A stretch of 64,000 nucleotides of DNA, from positions 1-64,000 of the forward strand of contig CAYMEV010000014.1 of the NCBI GenBank assembly GCA_964389675.1, in the 5' to 3' direction. Within the stretch, counting starts at the first letter, position 1. Each line of letters opens with the position of its first letter. Made by a program: the position numbers and the translations under genes. The stretch comes from an uncultured Candidatus Sumerlaeota bacterium (GTDB lineage Bacteria > CAYMEV01). Positions 8,738 through 19,152 of this stretch are shown one piece after another. A model generated the notes under the pieces. It made no database searches. It saw only the letters and a list, made by a program, of their open reading frames with translations, and was not told the origin of the DNA.

Positions 8738-10471
8738 TTATAGGCTTTTCCCTATACCGAAATAGTTTTTTATCTGGTCATAGGATTTGCTGTTAAGGAT
8801 ACTGCTTTTTGTTGCCCAGGCTTTCTGGGCTATTTTTATGCCTATATAGCTGTTATAAAAATCTTTTTCCTGATGGATATCAAGGGATATTAAGGATCGA
8901 AGCCCCATTTCCAGGCCCTTTTTCAGGAAGAACCAGTCAATATCCATTCTCTGGGGATGTGCATTTATTTCAATACATTTGCGGTTTCTGACAGCCGCCT
9001 TTATAACCCTGATCATATCTACTGAATACGGGTCTCTCTTCTGGATGAGCCTTCCTGTGGGATGGCCGAGTATATCGAGGTATGGATTTTCAATTGCCTT
9101 TATTATTCTGCCTGTCATCTTTTCCTTATCCATTTTGAACCCGGTGTGTACAGAACCGATCACAAAGTCAAAGCATTCAAGGATATTATCATCATAATCA
9201 AGCTCACCGCTTGGCAGTATGTCGCTTTCTATGCCCTTCAGCAGCTTTATCCCGTTATTTGCGCTGTTTATGTTGTCTATCGTCTGCCATTGCCTTTTCA
9301 GGTCGTCCTCAGTCAGTCCTCCGGCATAATGGGCTGAAACTGAATGGTCTGCTATCCCTACATACTCAATTCCCATTGAAGATGCAATCTCTACGATCCT
9401 TTCAAGGGATAGTTCGCCATCAGACATATCTGTATGACAGTGGAAGATGCCTTTTATGTCTGACTCGCAGACCAGTTTCGGGAGTTGCTTCTCCATGGCG
9501 GCTTCAATCTCCCCCATGTCCTCTCTAAGTTCAGGAGGGATATACTGTTTCAGGCCGAGGCTTTTAAAGATATCTTCCTCGGTGTCTACAGGGAGCCGTG
9601 AACCACTCTTGTTAAATATTCCGTATTCATTGAGCTTCAGGCCTTTTGTCCTTGCAATGCTTCTCATCCTGGTATTATGTTCCTTGGAGCCTGTTAAATA
9701 ATGCAGGGCCGGGTAGAGCTCATCCTTATTTACTATCCTTATATCGCAGGGTATGCTGGATTTTGTAATAAGGTTTATCTTGGTCGAGCCTTTTTGCGGG
9801 ACCTCCTTTACAAATTCCGCTTCTGAAAGCCTTTTATATATCATTTCAGTGTCATGATTATAGGTGACAAGGTCAATATCATGCACAAGCTCCTTGAATC
9901 TCCTTAAGCTTCCTGCAATAAATACCGGGTTTTTTGTTTCTGACATGATAAAAGCCCTGATTTCTTCAGCTGCCTTGAGCGCAATATCATATCTTATCAG
10001 CCCGGTGTTCTGGCTTAACAGCTCTATTCCTTTCAGTATATTTTTTGCAGTTTTTTCCTGAAACCCCTGCAGTTTTAGGAGAGAGCCGTTCATGGAGGCC
10101 TTCTTTAGGGATTCAATGTCCTTAATTCCGAGGTTTTTATATATCGCCTGAATCTTCTTTGGCCCGAGGCCAGGTATGTCAAGCATCTTTATCAGGCCTT
10201 CAGGTATCTTCTTTATGAGATCATCAAGCTCCTGGAAACTGCCTTTCTGATATATCTCATGTATATGCCCGAACAGATTTTTCCCTATCCCCTTGTATTC
10301 CAGAAGCCCTTTGTTTTCAATAAGCTCATTGAGGTCATTATCTGTGAAACCTCCTATTATCCGAGATGCTTTCTGATATGCCCTGACCTTGAAAGTGTTT
10401 TCTCCCCATAGTTCCATCAGCACGGCTGCATATTCAAGCTTTTCTGTAATGCTTTTTATTGTAGCTGAAAT
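8738..10471 (-). CDS. polX: DNA polymerase X / PHP 3'-5' exonuclease
   Basis: GENTFKVRAYQ, HhH motifs GIGK and GLGPKK, GSLRR, catalytic HDIDLV, TGSKEHN, LNEYG, PPELRE, PHP HCHTDMSDG/ADHS/GHPTG. The ORF track starts at GTG 10423, but the start is probably the ATT at 10471 (see findings). Confidence 0.93.
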   Translation of the reverse strand: MSATIKSITEKLEYAAVLMELWGENTFKVRAYQKASRIIGGFTDNDLNELIENKGLLEYKGIGKNLFGHIHEIYQKGSFQELDDLIKKIPEGLIKMLDIPGLGPKKIQAIYKNLGIKDIESLKKASMNGSLLKLQGFQEKTAKNILKGIELLSQNTGLIRYDIALKAAEEIRAFIMSETKNPVFIAGSLRRFKELVHDIDLVTYNHDTEMIYKRLSEAEFVKEVPQKGSTKINLITKSSIPCDIRIVNKDELYPALHYLTGSKEHNTRMRSIARTKGLKLNEYGIFNKSGSRLPVDTEEDIFKSLGLKQYIPPELREDMGEIEAAMEKQLPKLVCESDIKGIFHCHTDMSDGELSLERIVEIASSMGIEYVGIADHSVSAHYAGGLTEDDLKRQWQTIDNINSANNGIKLLKGIESDILPSGELDYDDNILECFDFVIGSVHTGFKMDKEKMTGRIIKAIENPYLDILGHPTGRLIQKRDPYSVDMIRVIKAAVRNRKCIEINAHPQRMDIDWFFLKKGLEMGLRSLISLDIHQEKDFYNSYIGIKIAQKAWATKSSILNSKSYDQIKNYFGIGKSL

Positions 10472-10485
10472 TATATTTCTCCTTT

Positions 10486-11094
10486 CTATGCCTTTTTCCC
10501 GATGGGAAAAACATAAAGGGGCTCATCATCAATGCCAAGAACCTTCTTTAGTTCAGCATCATTGAAAGCCCCGACGGCAACCGTCGCCAGTCCGTTGCCT
10601 TCAGATTCCAGGTATATGTTCTGTCCTATATGGCCGGCCTCTATATGAACATACCTTTCAGCTCTCGACCCATACCTTCCGCTTGTCCTCTTATAATCAG
10701 CGGCGAGAATGATGATAACAGGCGCAGTCTGTACAAAATTCTGGTTAAAACACACAGTTCTGACATTTTTTCTCATATCACCTTTTTTTAGAAGTGTTAT
10801 ACTGTGATGACTGCAGTCATATTTATATAAAGCATCAGGAATATCCTCCAGGCCTGTTATGATTATGAAGGTATTAAATGGATATGTTGCTCCGGCTGAG
10901 GGAGCAGCCCTGAAGCCGTTTTTCCTGTCGGTAATGCCCTGGCTGGCCCAGAGAAGGTTGCTGATCTGCTGTTTTGTTATCTTATGGCTGTCAAATCTTC
11001 TTACTGACCTCCTGGCATTGATGGCATAATTAAGATCACACTGTATATACATCAAAGGCTTCGGGAGTTCATATGTTCTAATATCGCTGTTCAT
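10486..11094 (-). CDS. SagB/ThcOx-family nitroreductase (FMN-dependent oxidoreductase)
   Basis: RRSVRRF, LLWASQG, RAAPSAGATYP, YVHIEAGHIGQNIYL, VAVGAFND. Confidence 0.88.
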   Translation of the reverse strand: MNSDIRTYELPKPLMYIQCDLNYAINARRSVRRFDSHKITKQQISNLLWASQGITDRKNGFRAAPSAGATYPFNTFIIITGLEDIPDALYKYDCSHHSITLLKKGDMRKNVRTVCFNQNFVQTAPVIIILAADYKRTSGRYGSRAERYVHIEAGHIGQNIYLESEGNGLATVAVGAFNDAELKKVLGIDDEPLYVFPIGKKA

Positions 11095-11103
11095 GATACA
11101 CCT

Positions 11104-13587
11104 CTATATAAACAGGTTCAGGTTGGACTTATCTGCTTCTTCAAGGTAAGAAGCAACCCCTCCCACCACAACATTATCGTAGAGCTCTTTTTTGTCGATC
11201 CCCATGATATCCATTGTCATCTGGCAGGCTACAAGCTTTATATTGCTGTCTATAGCACTTTTTATCATTTCATCAAGTGAATCAACCTTTTTGGACTTCA
11301 TCCGTTTTTTCATCATCAAAGTACCTATTCCCATCATGTTAAGTTTCGACAATTTTAGGTTTCTTACGCTTCCGGGAAGCATTCTGCCAAACATGGCACC
11401 CATGAAATCCTTTTTTATTTCCGGTTTTTTGGGTTTCTTAAGAATATTAAGCCCCCAGAATGTAAAGAACATTGTTACCTGGCTTCCCATTGATGCAGCC
11501 CCGTTTGCAATTACAAAACTTGCAAGGGCCCTGTCAAGGTCATCGCTGAATACAACAAGGGTCTTGCTCTTATTTGATACAGCAGAATTATAATCCCTGG
11601 CTTTATCAGATTTTTTTATCCTTGCCCTGATTATTCCCTGCTCTGATGAAATCCCTATGAGTTCATTCCCGGTAACATTGCACCAGGCTTTAACATCAGG
11701 CTTAAAACCGGGATCAGTTGATGTTATTGAAATTATATCCCCATTTTCAAGGGACCCTATCTCCTTTTTCAGCTTGAGTATCGGCCCCGGGCACTGCAGG
11801 CCGCATGCATCAACTTCTATATTCCTGACAGTGGAGTCTTTATGGCTTGGGTTTTCAGCAATGTCTGGTATTGTCCTGTAGATAAGATCATCCTTTCCTA
11901 TAAAATCCTTTTCAAAAATATCTTCATTGCTCTGTTTCTGGGCTACATGCTCATAGGTCTTATACCCTCCCGACAGATTGAATAGATTTGTATATCCCTT
12001 CTGATAGAGTATCCTGGCGGCTATATATCCCCTCATGCCGATCTCGCAGAATAGTACTGTCTTTTTGTCACGGGGGATTTCATTAATTCTTTCACGTATC
12101 TCATCAACAGGTATATTTACAGCACCTTCAATTGTTCCCAGCTCAAACTCATCCCTTGTCCTGACATCCACCAGTAAAACACCGGAAGGGTCAAGTTCCA
12201 GTATGTCATTCCAGTGAATTATCTTCATCCTGTCATTCAGTATATTCTCAGCTACAGCCCCTGCAATATTAATCGGGTCTTTTGCTGATGAATATGGGGG
12301 TGCATAGGCATGTTCGAACTCAATAAGGTCATAGACTGTTTTCCTCAGCCTTATAAAACTTGAAAATACATCTGTCCTCTTATCCACACCCTCATATCCG
12401 ATAATCTGTGCACCATATAATAACCCGTCATCCGGTGAAAAGACTATCTTTATTGTCAGGGACTTAGCCATAGGATAATATCCTGCATGCGAACTGCCAT
12501 GGGTTATGCTTGATATATATGGGATATTTTCCTTCCTGAGGATCTTTTCTGATACTCCTGTGCTTCCGACAGTAAGGTCAAAAACCTTTGCAACAGCAGT
12601 TCCTATGGTTCCGTCATATGATTTATGATTTCCGAAGACTATATTGTCAGCAGTTATTCTGCCCTGCTTATTGGCAGGGCCCGCTAAAGGTATGAGCATA
12701 TCCCTGTCAATCACAGGATTTTTAACCTCTATTGCATCTCCCAGGGCATATATATTCTCATTGCTTGTCTGGAGGTACTCATTTACTTTTATTCCCCCTG
12801 CACTGCCTGTTTCCAGCCCGGCTTCCTTTGCAAGGATCGTTTCAGGCCTTACACCTATGCTAAGGATAACCATATTGCAGGTGATCTCCTTTCCGCTGTT
12901 GAGTTTTACTGTTATTATATCATCATCCTTTTTGAATGAAGAGACCCCGTCCTTTAAATAAAGCTCTACATCCCAGGTTTTGAGATGCTGATGAATTTCT
13001 GCAGCCATTTCGTAATCAAGCGTAGTCATTACCTGGTCGACCATCTCGACAATAGTAACCATTATCCCAAGATTATGAAGGTTTTCTGCCATTTCCAGCC
13101 CGATAAACCCTGCCCCGACAATCACTGCTTTTCTTGGCTTTTTCTTCTCAATAAATCCCTTCAGTTGATCAATATCAGGGACATTCCTTACAGAAAATAT
13201 ATTATCGCTGCTGATACCCGGAATTGGGGGTTTTAAAGGATTAGCACCGGGTGATAATATCAAATAGTCATATTTCTCGGTTATTATTTTATCACTGTCG
13301 AGCATTTTGACATCTGCTGTTTTTTTGTCCGGATCGATCGATATTACTTCCTGCCTTGTCCTGATGTCAATGTTGAATCTCTGGCTGAAGCTCTGCGGGG
13401 TCTGAACGAAGAGATTCTCCCTGTCTTTGATTGTGTTTCCTATATAATATGGCAGGCCGCAGTTGGCATAGGATATATAATCACCCCTTTCAAAGAGGAT
13501 TATCCTTGCATTTTCATCCATTCTTCTCAGCCTTGCAGCTGTTGTCGCCCCTCCTGCAACCCCGCCTGTAATAATATACCTTCTCAT
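11104..13587 (-). CDS. CoA-disulfide/persulfide reductase fused to rhodanese, TusA/SirA and DsrE domains
   Basis: GGVAGGA FAD motif, SYANCGLPY redox Cys, GAGFIG, YAPPYS. Rhodanese DVRT...FCEIGMRG...NLSGGY. TusA DACGLQCPGP. DsrE FFTFWGL...ACQMTMD. Confidence 0.9.
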   Translation of the reverse strand: MRRYIITGGVAGGATTAARLRRMDENARIILFERGDYISYANCGLPYYIGNTIKDRENLFVQTPQSFSQRFNIDIRTRQEVISIDPDKKTADVKMLDSDKIITEKYDYLILSPGANPLKPPIPGISSDNIFSVRNVPDIDQLKGFIEKKKPRKAVIVGAGFIGLEMAENLHNLGIMVTIVEMVDQVMTTLDYEMAAEIHQHLKTWDVELYLKDGVSSFKKDDDIITVKLNSGKEITCNMVILSIGVRPETILAKEAGLETGSAGGIKVNEYLQTSNENIYALGDAIEVKNPVIDRDMLIPLAGPANKQGRITADNIVFGNHKSYDGTIGTAVAKVFDLTVGSTGVSEKILRKENIPYISSITHGSSHAGYYPMAKSLTIKIVFSPDDGLLYGAQIIGYEGVDKRTDVFSSFIRLRKTVYDLIEFEHAYAPPYSSAKDPINIAGAVAENILNDRMKIIHWNDILELDPSGVLLVDVRTRDEFELGTIEGAVNIPVDEIRERINEIPRDKKTVLFCEIGMRGYIAARILYQKGYTNLFNLSGGYKTYEHVAQKQSNEDIFEKDFIGKDDLIYRTIPDIAENPSHKDSTVRNIEVDACGLQCPGPILKLKKEIGSLENGDIISITSTDPGFKPDVKAWCNVTGNELIGISSEQGIIRARIKKSDKARDYNSAVSNKSKTLVVFSDDLDRALASFVIANGAASMGSQVTMFFTFWGLNILKKPKKPEIKKDFMGAMFGRMLPGSVRNLKLSKLNMMGIGTLMMKKRMKSKKVDSLDEMIKSAIDSNIKLVACQMTMDIMGIDKKELYDNVVVGGVASYLEEADKSNLNLFI

Positions 13588-13608
13588 ATATTATCTCCTT
13601 ATGTATTC

Positions 13609-13642
13609 TTATGCATAATGGTTATATATATAAAAACCATTA
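13609..13642. promoter_or_regulatory. Putative operator(s) upstream of the CoA-disulfide reductase operon
   Basis: Inverted repeat TAATGGTT-N11-AACCATTA (13616-13642) overlapping the palindrome TTATGCATAA (13609-13618), just upstream of the AAGGAG SD. Confidence 0.45.
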
Positions 13643-13695
13643 AAATTGTTTTAAATAACCGCAGTCATAGAATATCAGCAGAGCACAATTTTCTG

Positions 13696-14820
13696 CTATT
13701 TATTCTTAAATGCTATGATATTCTGTGATAACAGGGCTTTGATAAAGCTTATTATTATATCCTCTTTTAATGCTGAAAGGAGCTTTATGTCCTTAATGCT
13801 GTTTTTTCCGTTTATATAGCTCAGTATAAAACCTTCCTCAGCGGTAAAATTTTTATTCATCAGGTCATGCAGGTCTTTCTTTAAGTAGGGGACATTCTCC
13901 ATTGAGAATACATCTGCCGACAGGCTTTTGGACTGCTCTTTCTCTACCGTTGATATTAACAGCTGGGCATTGGAATTAGTGGGATTGATCTTAAGGATCT
14001 GCTTGAAATAATCGATCGCTTCTTTAAGATTCCCGGCTCTGTGAGCTTCCAGCCCCTTCTCCATAAGTTCATTTATCCGGTTGAGATCTTCGTCTTCAGG
14101 TTCGTCTATTACTATCTTCTCTCCGATTATTTTGAGATATTTCTTATCATAATATTCATGCAGGACAGTCAAAATTTCATATTCACTTGCAACTACATTT
14201 TCTATAATATCATCAATAGAGTTCTCTGAGTTTATCATGGAGAGTATTTTCTCATGAAGCGGCGTTTTCTGGTCTGTTTCCTTCACTACCAAGGGGTCCG
14301 TCTGAAACACGATATTCGTGCTGTTAAAAATGCTTTTTATCTCATTAAATTCATCCACTCTTCTTATGCCTTCCATGATTATCCAGTCTATTCCTATAGT
14401 GATAGGGAAGAGTGTCTTTTCAGGGAGCTCATTGTCATAGAACTGGAATTCCCCGTTGTCCCAGAGAAAGAGGCTGTAGATAGTCTCTTCAACCTTGGTC
14501 TTGAGTATATTTATCATTGTTTCTTCTTCAATTATTCCCTTTCTCACCAGGTACCTTCCGAGTATTTCCTTTTTTTCCTTGTGGGTTTCAAGGGCCTCTT
14601 TAAGTGATTCCTCATCGATCAGCCCATTATTTATGAGGTAGGCACCCAGGTATTCACGCTTGTCATTGGAGGATGCAGATATTATTTTACCATCCCTGAA
14701 ATAGATCTTCTTTATTATATTCTGATTTATTATCGTCAGCGTGCCAGTTTTGTTACCAAGGCTGAGCCATTGCAGGATATCTGCAATGGCCATTGTTTTT
14801 AGGTTTCCTTTTAATGCCAT
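13696..14820 (-). CDS. DUF4388 (PatA-N-like) domain protein with TPR and C-terminal winged-helix-like segment
   Basis: MALKGNLKTMAIADILQWLSLGNKTGTL...IYFRDGKI...LFLWDNGEFQF...EGIRRVDE. TPR LKEAIDYFKQILKINPTN. Confidence 0.85.
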   Translation of the reverse strand: MALKGNLKTMAIADILQWLSLGNKTGTLTIINQNIIKKIYFRDGKIISASSNDKREYLGAYLINNGLIDEESLKEALETHKEKKEILGRYLVRKGIIEEETMINILKTKVEETIYSLFLWDNGEFQFYDNELPEKTLFPITIGIDWIIMEGIRRVDEFNEIKSIFNSTNIVFQTDPLVVKETDQKTPLHEKILSMINSENSIDDIIENVVASEYEILTVLHEYYDKKYLKIIGEKIVIDEPEDEDLNRINELMEKGLEAHRAGNLKEAIDYFKQILKINPTNSNAQLLISTVEKEQSKSLSADVFSMENVPYLKKDLHDLMNKNFTAEEGFILSYINGKNSIKDIKLLSALKEDIIISFIKALLSQNIIAFKNK

Positions 14821-14989
14821 ATTTCTATATTATATATATGTCAAAAAATTCAAGAAAATATTTAGGTAAATGCATAAAATTTAATCAAAAACTATTGATA
14901 ATTAATGATTTTTTATTTATCTTATTATAAAATCTACATATATTTTTATATTACTGCAAAGATTATGCAAAAAGGAGATACTATTTTCA

Positions 14990-16294
14990 ATGGATAACTA
15001 TGAGAACAGTCTTGATTCTATTATTTCACTCACAAAAAGAAGGGGTTTTATCTTCCAGGGAAGTGAGCTTTACGGAGGCATTAACGGTTTCTGGGATTAC
15101 GGCCCTCTGGGAAGCCTGCTTAAAGAAAGGATAAAGCGATTCTGGTACAAAAAGGTTGTTATGGAAAGAGAGGATGTGGTCCTCCTGGATTCAAGCCTGG
15201 TTATGCATCCGGATGTGTGGAAGGCTTCAGGGCACACAGAAAATTTCTATGATATAATGGTTGAATGCAAAAAATGCAAAAAGCGATATAAATATGATAC
15301 TATAGAGGGAGATAAATGCCCTGAATGCCAGGGGGACCTCACAGAAGGGCGCCAGTTTAACCTTATGTTCAAGACCCATGTAGGGGCTCTTGAGGAAGAA
15401 AGCAGCGTTGCTTATCTCAGGCCTGAAACTGCACAGGCAATTTTTATTCATTTCAAAAACGTTCTTAATTCAAGCAGGCAGAAAATACCCTTTGGCATAG
15501 CGCAGATGGGAAAAAGCTTCAGAAACGAGATAACACCAAGGAATTTCATATTCAGGTCCAGGGAGTTCGAACAGATGGAACTGGAGTTCTTTGTCGAGCC
15601 TGGAGATGATAATAGATGGTATGAGTTCTGGATTGAACAGAGATATGACTGGTATAAGGAAATGGGTATAAATCCGAAATACCTCAGGCTGAGGGAGCAT
15701 CTGAAAGATGAGCTTGCTCACTATGCCACAGGGTGCACAGATATAGAATACTATTTCCCTTTTGGCTGGAAAGAGCTTGAGGGTATAGCCAAAAGGACTG
15801 ATTTTGACCTCAGGATGCATTCAGAGTATTCAAAAAAGGACCAGAGTTATTTTGATGAATCAAAGAGGGAGAAATATATACCCTTTGTTGTAGAAACTTC
15901 TGCCGGTGTTGAGAGAACACTGCTTACGATCCTCACAAGTGCATACAGGGAAGAGATCGTAAGGGATGAAAAAAGGGTAATACTGGGACTGTCACCGAAA
16001 ATTGCGCCTGTGCAGACTGCATTCCTGCCTTTATCAAAGCAGCTTAATGAAAATACCTACAGGATATATGCTGATATGAGAAATATATTTGAAAGCCAGT
16101 TTGATGACAAGGGCAGTATAGGAAGGAGATACAGGAGACAGGATGAGATAGGTACGCCATTATGCATTACATTTGATTTTGACTCACTGAATGATAACAG
16201 TGTTACAATAAGGCACAGGGATACCATGAAACAGAACAGAGTTTCCGTCTCAAATCTTAAGGATTATATAGAAAAGGAGCTTGAAACCTTTTAA
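14990..16294 (+). CDS. glyQS: Glycine--tRNA ligase, alpha2 (homodimeric) type
   Basis: KRRGFIFQGSELYGG, WDYGPLG, YLRPETAQ, motif 2 FRNEITPRNFIFRSREFEQME, GSIGRRYRRQDEIGTP anticodon-binding domain. Confidence 0.97.
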   Translation: MDNYENSLDSIISLTKRRGFIFQGSELYGGINGFWDYGPLGSLLKERIKRFWYKKVVMEREDVVLLDSSLVMHPDVWKASGHTENFYDIMVECKKCKKRYKYDTIEGDKCPECQGDLTEGRQFNLMFKTHVGALEEESSVAYLRPETAQAIFIHFKNVLNSSRQKIPFGIAQMGKSFRNEITPRNFIFRSREFEQMELEFFVEPGDDNRWYEFWIEQRYDWYKEMGINPKYLRLREHLKDELAHYATGCTDIEYYFPFGWKELEGIAKRTDFDLRMHSEYSKKDQSYFDESKREKYIPFVVETSAGVERTLLTILTSAYREEIVRDEKRVILGLSPKIAPVQTAFLPLSKQLNENTYRIYADMRNIFESQFDDKGSIGRRYRRQDEIGTPLCITFDFDSLNDNSVTIRHRDTMKQNRVSVSNLKDYIEKELETF

Positions 16295-16303
16295 GAAAAT
16301 CAT

Positions 16304-18250
16304 ATGAAAAGGAAAAAATTCCCGATATCATTAAAGATTGCCCTGATGGTAATAATCTTTGTAGTTATTACAACGGCTGTTACTTCCTATTACAGGATAG
16401 TCAAAGATGAGACTGTGCAGAAAGAGATACTCCATGAGCAGATGAAGAACCTTGCTCATATTGTTGCCGATATCCGTCATACACAGCCAGTAAGCGAAAT
16501 GCATGTTGACTGGCTTTTATGGCAGGATTTCATAGACAGGATTATTACCTATTATGACAATATAATATATATAGCAGTCTTTAATTATGAAGGAGAGATC
16601 AAGGCTTTCAGCATAAAGAAGGATATTATTAATCTAAGGGATGAGAGCGGGAATAGAATAGAAAGTGTCAATCCTGAAATACTTGTAAATGCCATAGAAA
16701 AAGAATCAGCTTATATACAGGGGGGGGCAAATATCATAAATATCCGGTTTGAAACATCATTTGCCGATCAGTATGGTAGAGTCAGCTTCTGTTATTCAGA
16801 AAAGATGATAAATGACAGGCTATATGAATCCAAGATAAAAACACTGATGCTTGCCTTAAATATCATCATCCTCGGCGTAATTATCTCACTGTTCTTTTCA
16901 AGGCGGATTACAAGGTCGATAAATGTTCTGCTGGAAGCTATCCAGGAGATTGCGAAAGGGAAATTTCCGGACAGGATAAAGGTATATACAAATGACGAGA
17001 TATCTACCCTGTCTGAGAACTTCAACGAGATGAACAAAAGCCTGTACTTCAAGAATATAATTGAAAGCTTCTCATATGAGCTTTCAAAGAAGAATTCAAT
17101 ATCTGAGATAATCAGGCTCAGCGTGGCTGTATTCAGCAAGATAGATATAGTGGAAGATGACGGCCTTCTGCTTATAGAGGATGAAAATACCCTTGTTTTT
17201 TATGGCAAGGATTCCCAGACAAAGCAGTACAGTATAGACTGGGATATCAAGAAACTGACAAAGATTGAAGAGGGTGTCATTGAAAGGGAAGAATTTGCAG
17301 AAATCATTGACTCCCTGGATGTCTTCAAGGCATTTATCGATGGCCATATGCTTAAAATTACAACTCAGACAAAAATATACGGCTTTATTCTGCTGAGAAT
17401 AAGGCCGGGATGCGCAATAAGCCAGAAGGAATCTGAACTTTTCAGAAGTATCATACTCAGGCTTTCCTTTGCGATTGAAAACTTCCTGTTGAACCAGAAG
17501 ATTGTAGAACAGGAGGTTTACAAGAAGGAACTTGAGATTGCAAGCAGGGTTCAGAACAGGCTTCTGCCGGAAAAGATACCCTCTACTGATCTCTATGACA
17601 TTGCAAGCACTATAATTACAGCAAAAGAGGTGGGCGGAGACTATTATGATTTCTTCCGTTTCGGAGATGAAAAGCTGTATATTCTCATAAGCGACGTTTC
17701 AGGGAAAGGCACATCGGCCAGCTTTTATATGGCCCTTCTAAAGGGTGTGCTTCTTGGAATAGTGAATAAGGATACTGAACTGAAAGATGCTATTGAAAAA
17801 CTGAACAGTTTTTTCTTTAATAATACACCGAAAGATATTTTTATTTCTCTTATTTTTGGGGTATTTCATGAAAAGGAAATGAGCTTTTCATTCATAAGAG
17901 CAGGACATTGTCCCCTGCTGTATTATTCAAAGCAGAAGAACATGGTGGAGGAATTAAGGCCAAAAGGCATAGCCCTCGGTGCCCTGAGGGATATAGAAGG
18001 ATTATATGAGACTGGAAACATAAGATTAAATAGAGGAGACTTCCTCCTGATGTATACTGATGGTGTTTCAGAAGCTATGAACAAGGATCTTGAGGAGTAC
18101 GGAGAGGAAAACCTGAAAAAACGGATTCTTAAATCAGCAGATAAGGGAATTGATATCCTTATAAAGGATATACTTTATGAGATCTGGGAATTCAGGGAGG
18201 ATTTTCAGCAGAATGACGACATTGCACTGGTAGGTATAAAGATAAAATGA
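16304..18250 (+). CDS. Membrane-bound SpoIIE/RsbU-type PP2C phosphatase with HAMP domain
   Basis: Two TM segments, HAMP (DEISTLSENFNEM), ELEIASRVQ, VGGDYYD, SDVSGKG, RAGH, YTDGVSEA, NDDIAL. Confidence 0.9.
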   Translation: MKRKKFPISLKIALMVIIFVVITTAVTSYYRIVKDETVQKEILHEQMKNLAHIVADIRHTQPVSEMHVDWLLWQDFIDRIITYYDNIIYIAVFNYEGEIKAFSIKKDIINLRDESGNRIESVNPEILVNAIEKESAYIQGGANIINIRFETSFADQYGRVSFCYSEKMINDRLYESKIKTLMLALNIIILGVIISLFFSRRITRSINVLLEAIQEIAKGKFPDRIKVYTNDEISTLSENFNEMNKSLYFKNIIESFSYELSKKNSISEIIRLSVAVFSKIDIVEDDGLLLIEDENTLVFYGKDSQTKQYSIDWDIKKLTKIEEGVIEREEFAEIIDSLDVFKAFIDGHMLKITTQTKIYGFILLRIRPGCAISQKESELFRSIILRLSFAIENFLLNQKIVEQEVYKKELEIASRVQNRLLPEKIPSTDLYDIASTIITAKEVGGDYYDFFRFGDEKLYILISDVSGKGTSASFYMALLKGVLLGIVNKDTELKDAIEKLNSFFFNNTPKDIFISLIFGVFHEKEMSFSFIRAGHCPLLYYSKQKNMVEELRPKGIALGALRDIEGLYETGNIRLNRGDFLLMYTDGVSEAMNKDLEEYGEENLKKRILKSADKGIDILIKDILYEIWEFREDFQQNDDIALVGIKIK

Positions 18251-19152
18251 AAAAAAGCGTTCTTGTTACAGGGGGTGCAGGCTTTGTCGGTTCAAGGCTC
18301 TCTTTGGCCCTTGCAGATAAAGGGTATAATGTAGTAATCTTTGATAATCTTTCCAACAGCACTTATGATGATGTACCAGAACGGAGCAATATTTTGTTCA
18401 TAAAAAAGGATGTCCGTGACAGGGATCTCACTGTTCTTTTCAGAGAGCATAATATAGGATCTGTCTTTCACCTGGCCGCAGTGATATCCATAACGGAATC
18501 AGTCAAAAGACCCCTTGAGACGCATACAAACAATCTTGATGCGACAATAAACCTTCTGCAGGCCTCCAAAGAAAGCGGGAACATAGACAAGTTCATTTTC
18601 TCATCCTCATGCGCTGTCTATGGAGATAAGCCGGATAAAAGGATCAATGAAACGGATGCTGCTGTTCCCATGACACCCTATGCGATTGACAAGCATTGTT
18701 CAGAGCTCTATATAGATTATTACGGCAAAAATTACAGTATACCCTATACTGTCTACAGGTATTTCAATATCTACGGCCCTCCGAAATCGAAGCTTACTCC
18801 CTATTCAGGGGTAATACAGATATTCAGGGAAAGGATATCCGGCAAAGAAGGCCTTGAGATATATGGAACAGGATGCCAGAAAAGGGACTTTATACATGTT
18901 GATGATATAGTCAGGGCAAACATTTTTGCCCTTGAAAATAAAAAGACAGACTATAAGACCCTGAATGTGGGGACAGGAAGATCAATAAGCATCAACAGGC
19001 TGGCAGAGGTTTTTATGGAAAAATATAATGCAGATGCAAAAATAGTATACAAGCCGGCAAGAAAGGGTGATATCCTTTATTCAACCGCTGATACGGACAG
19101 GATCAACAGTATGGGGTTCTATCCTTCGGTCAGTATTGAGTCAGGCCTTTAA
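18247..19152 (+). CDS. NAD-dependent nucleotide-sugar epimerase/dehydratase
   Basis: TGGAGFVGS, FHLAA, SSSCAVYG, YxxxK (YAIDK), RYFNIYGP, RDFIHVDD. ATGA overlap with the upstream gene. May lack its last helix (see findings). Confidence 0.9.
   Translation: MKKSVLVTGGAGFVGSRLSLALADKGYNVVIFDNLSNSTYDDVPERSNILFIKKDVRDRDLTVLFREHNIGSVFHLAAVISITESVKRPLETHTNNLDATINLLQASKESGNIDKFIFSSSCAVYGDKPDKRINETDAAVPMTPYAIDKHCSELYIDYYGKNYSIPYTVYRYFNIYGPPKSKLTPYSGVIQIFRERISGKEGLEIYGTGCQKRDFIHVDDIVRANIFALENKKTDYKTLNVGTGRSISINRLAEVFMEKYNADAKIVYKPARKGDILYSTADTDRINSMGFYPSVSIESGL

Noticed and set aside
10486..11094. SagB-like gene as part of a thiazole/oxazole RiPP cluster
   Set aside because: No YcaO, E1-like protein or Cys/Ser-rich precursor nearby. 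Stand-alone SagB-type nitroreductases are common in anaerobes.
14821..14989. T-box leader upstream of glyQS
   Set aside because: Very AT-rich, with no T-box consensus (TGGNACCGCG) or terminator/antiterminator structure.
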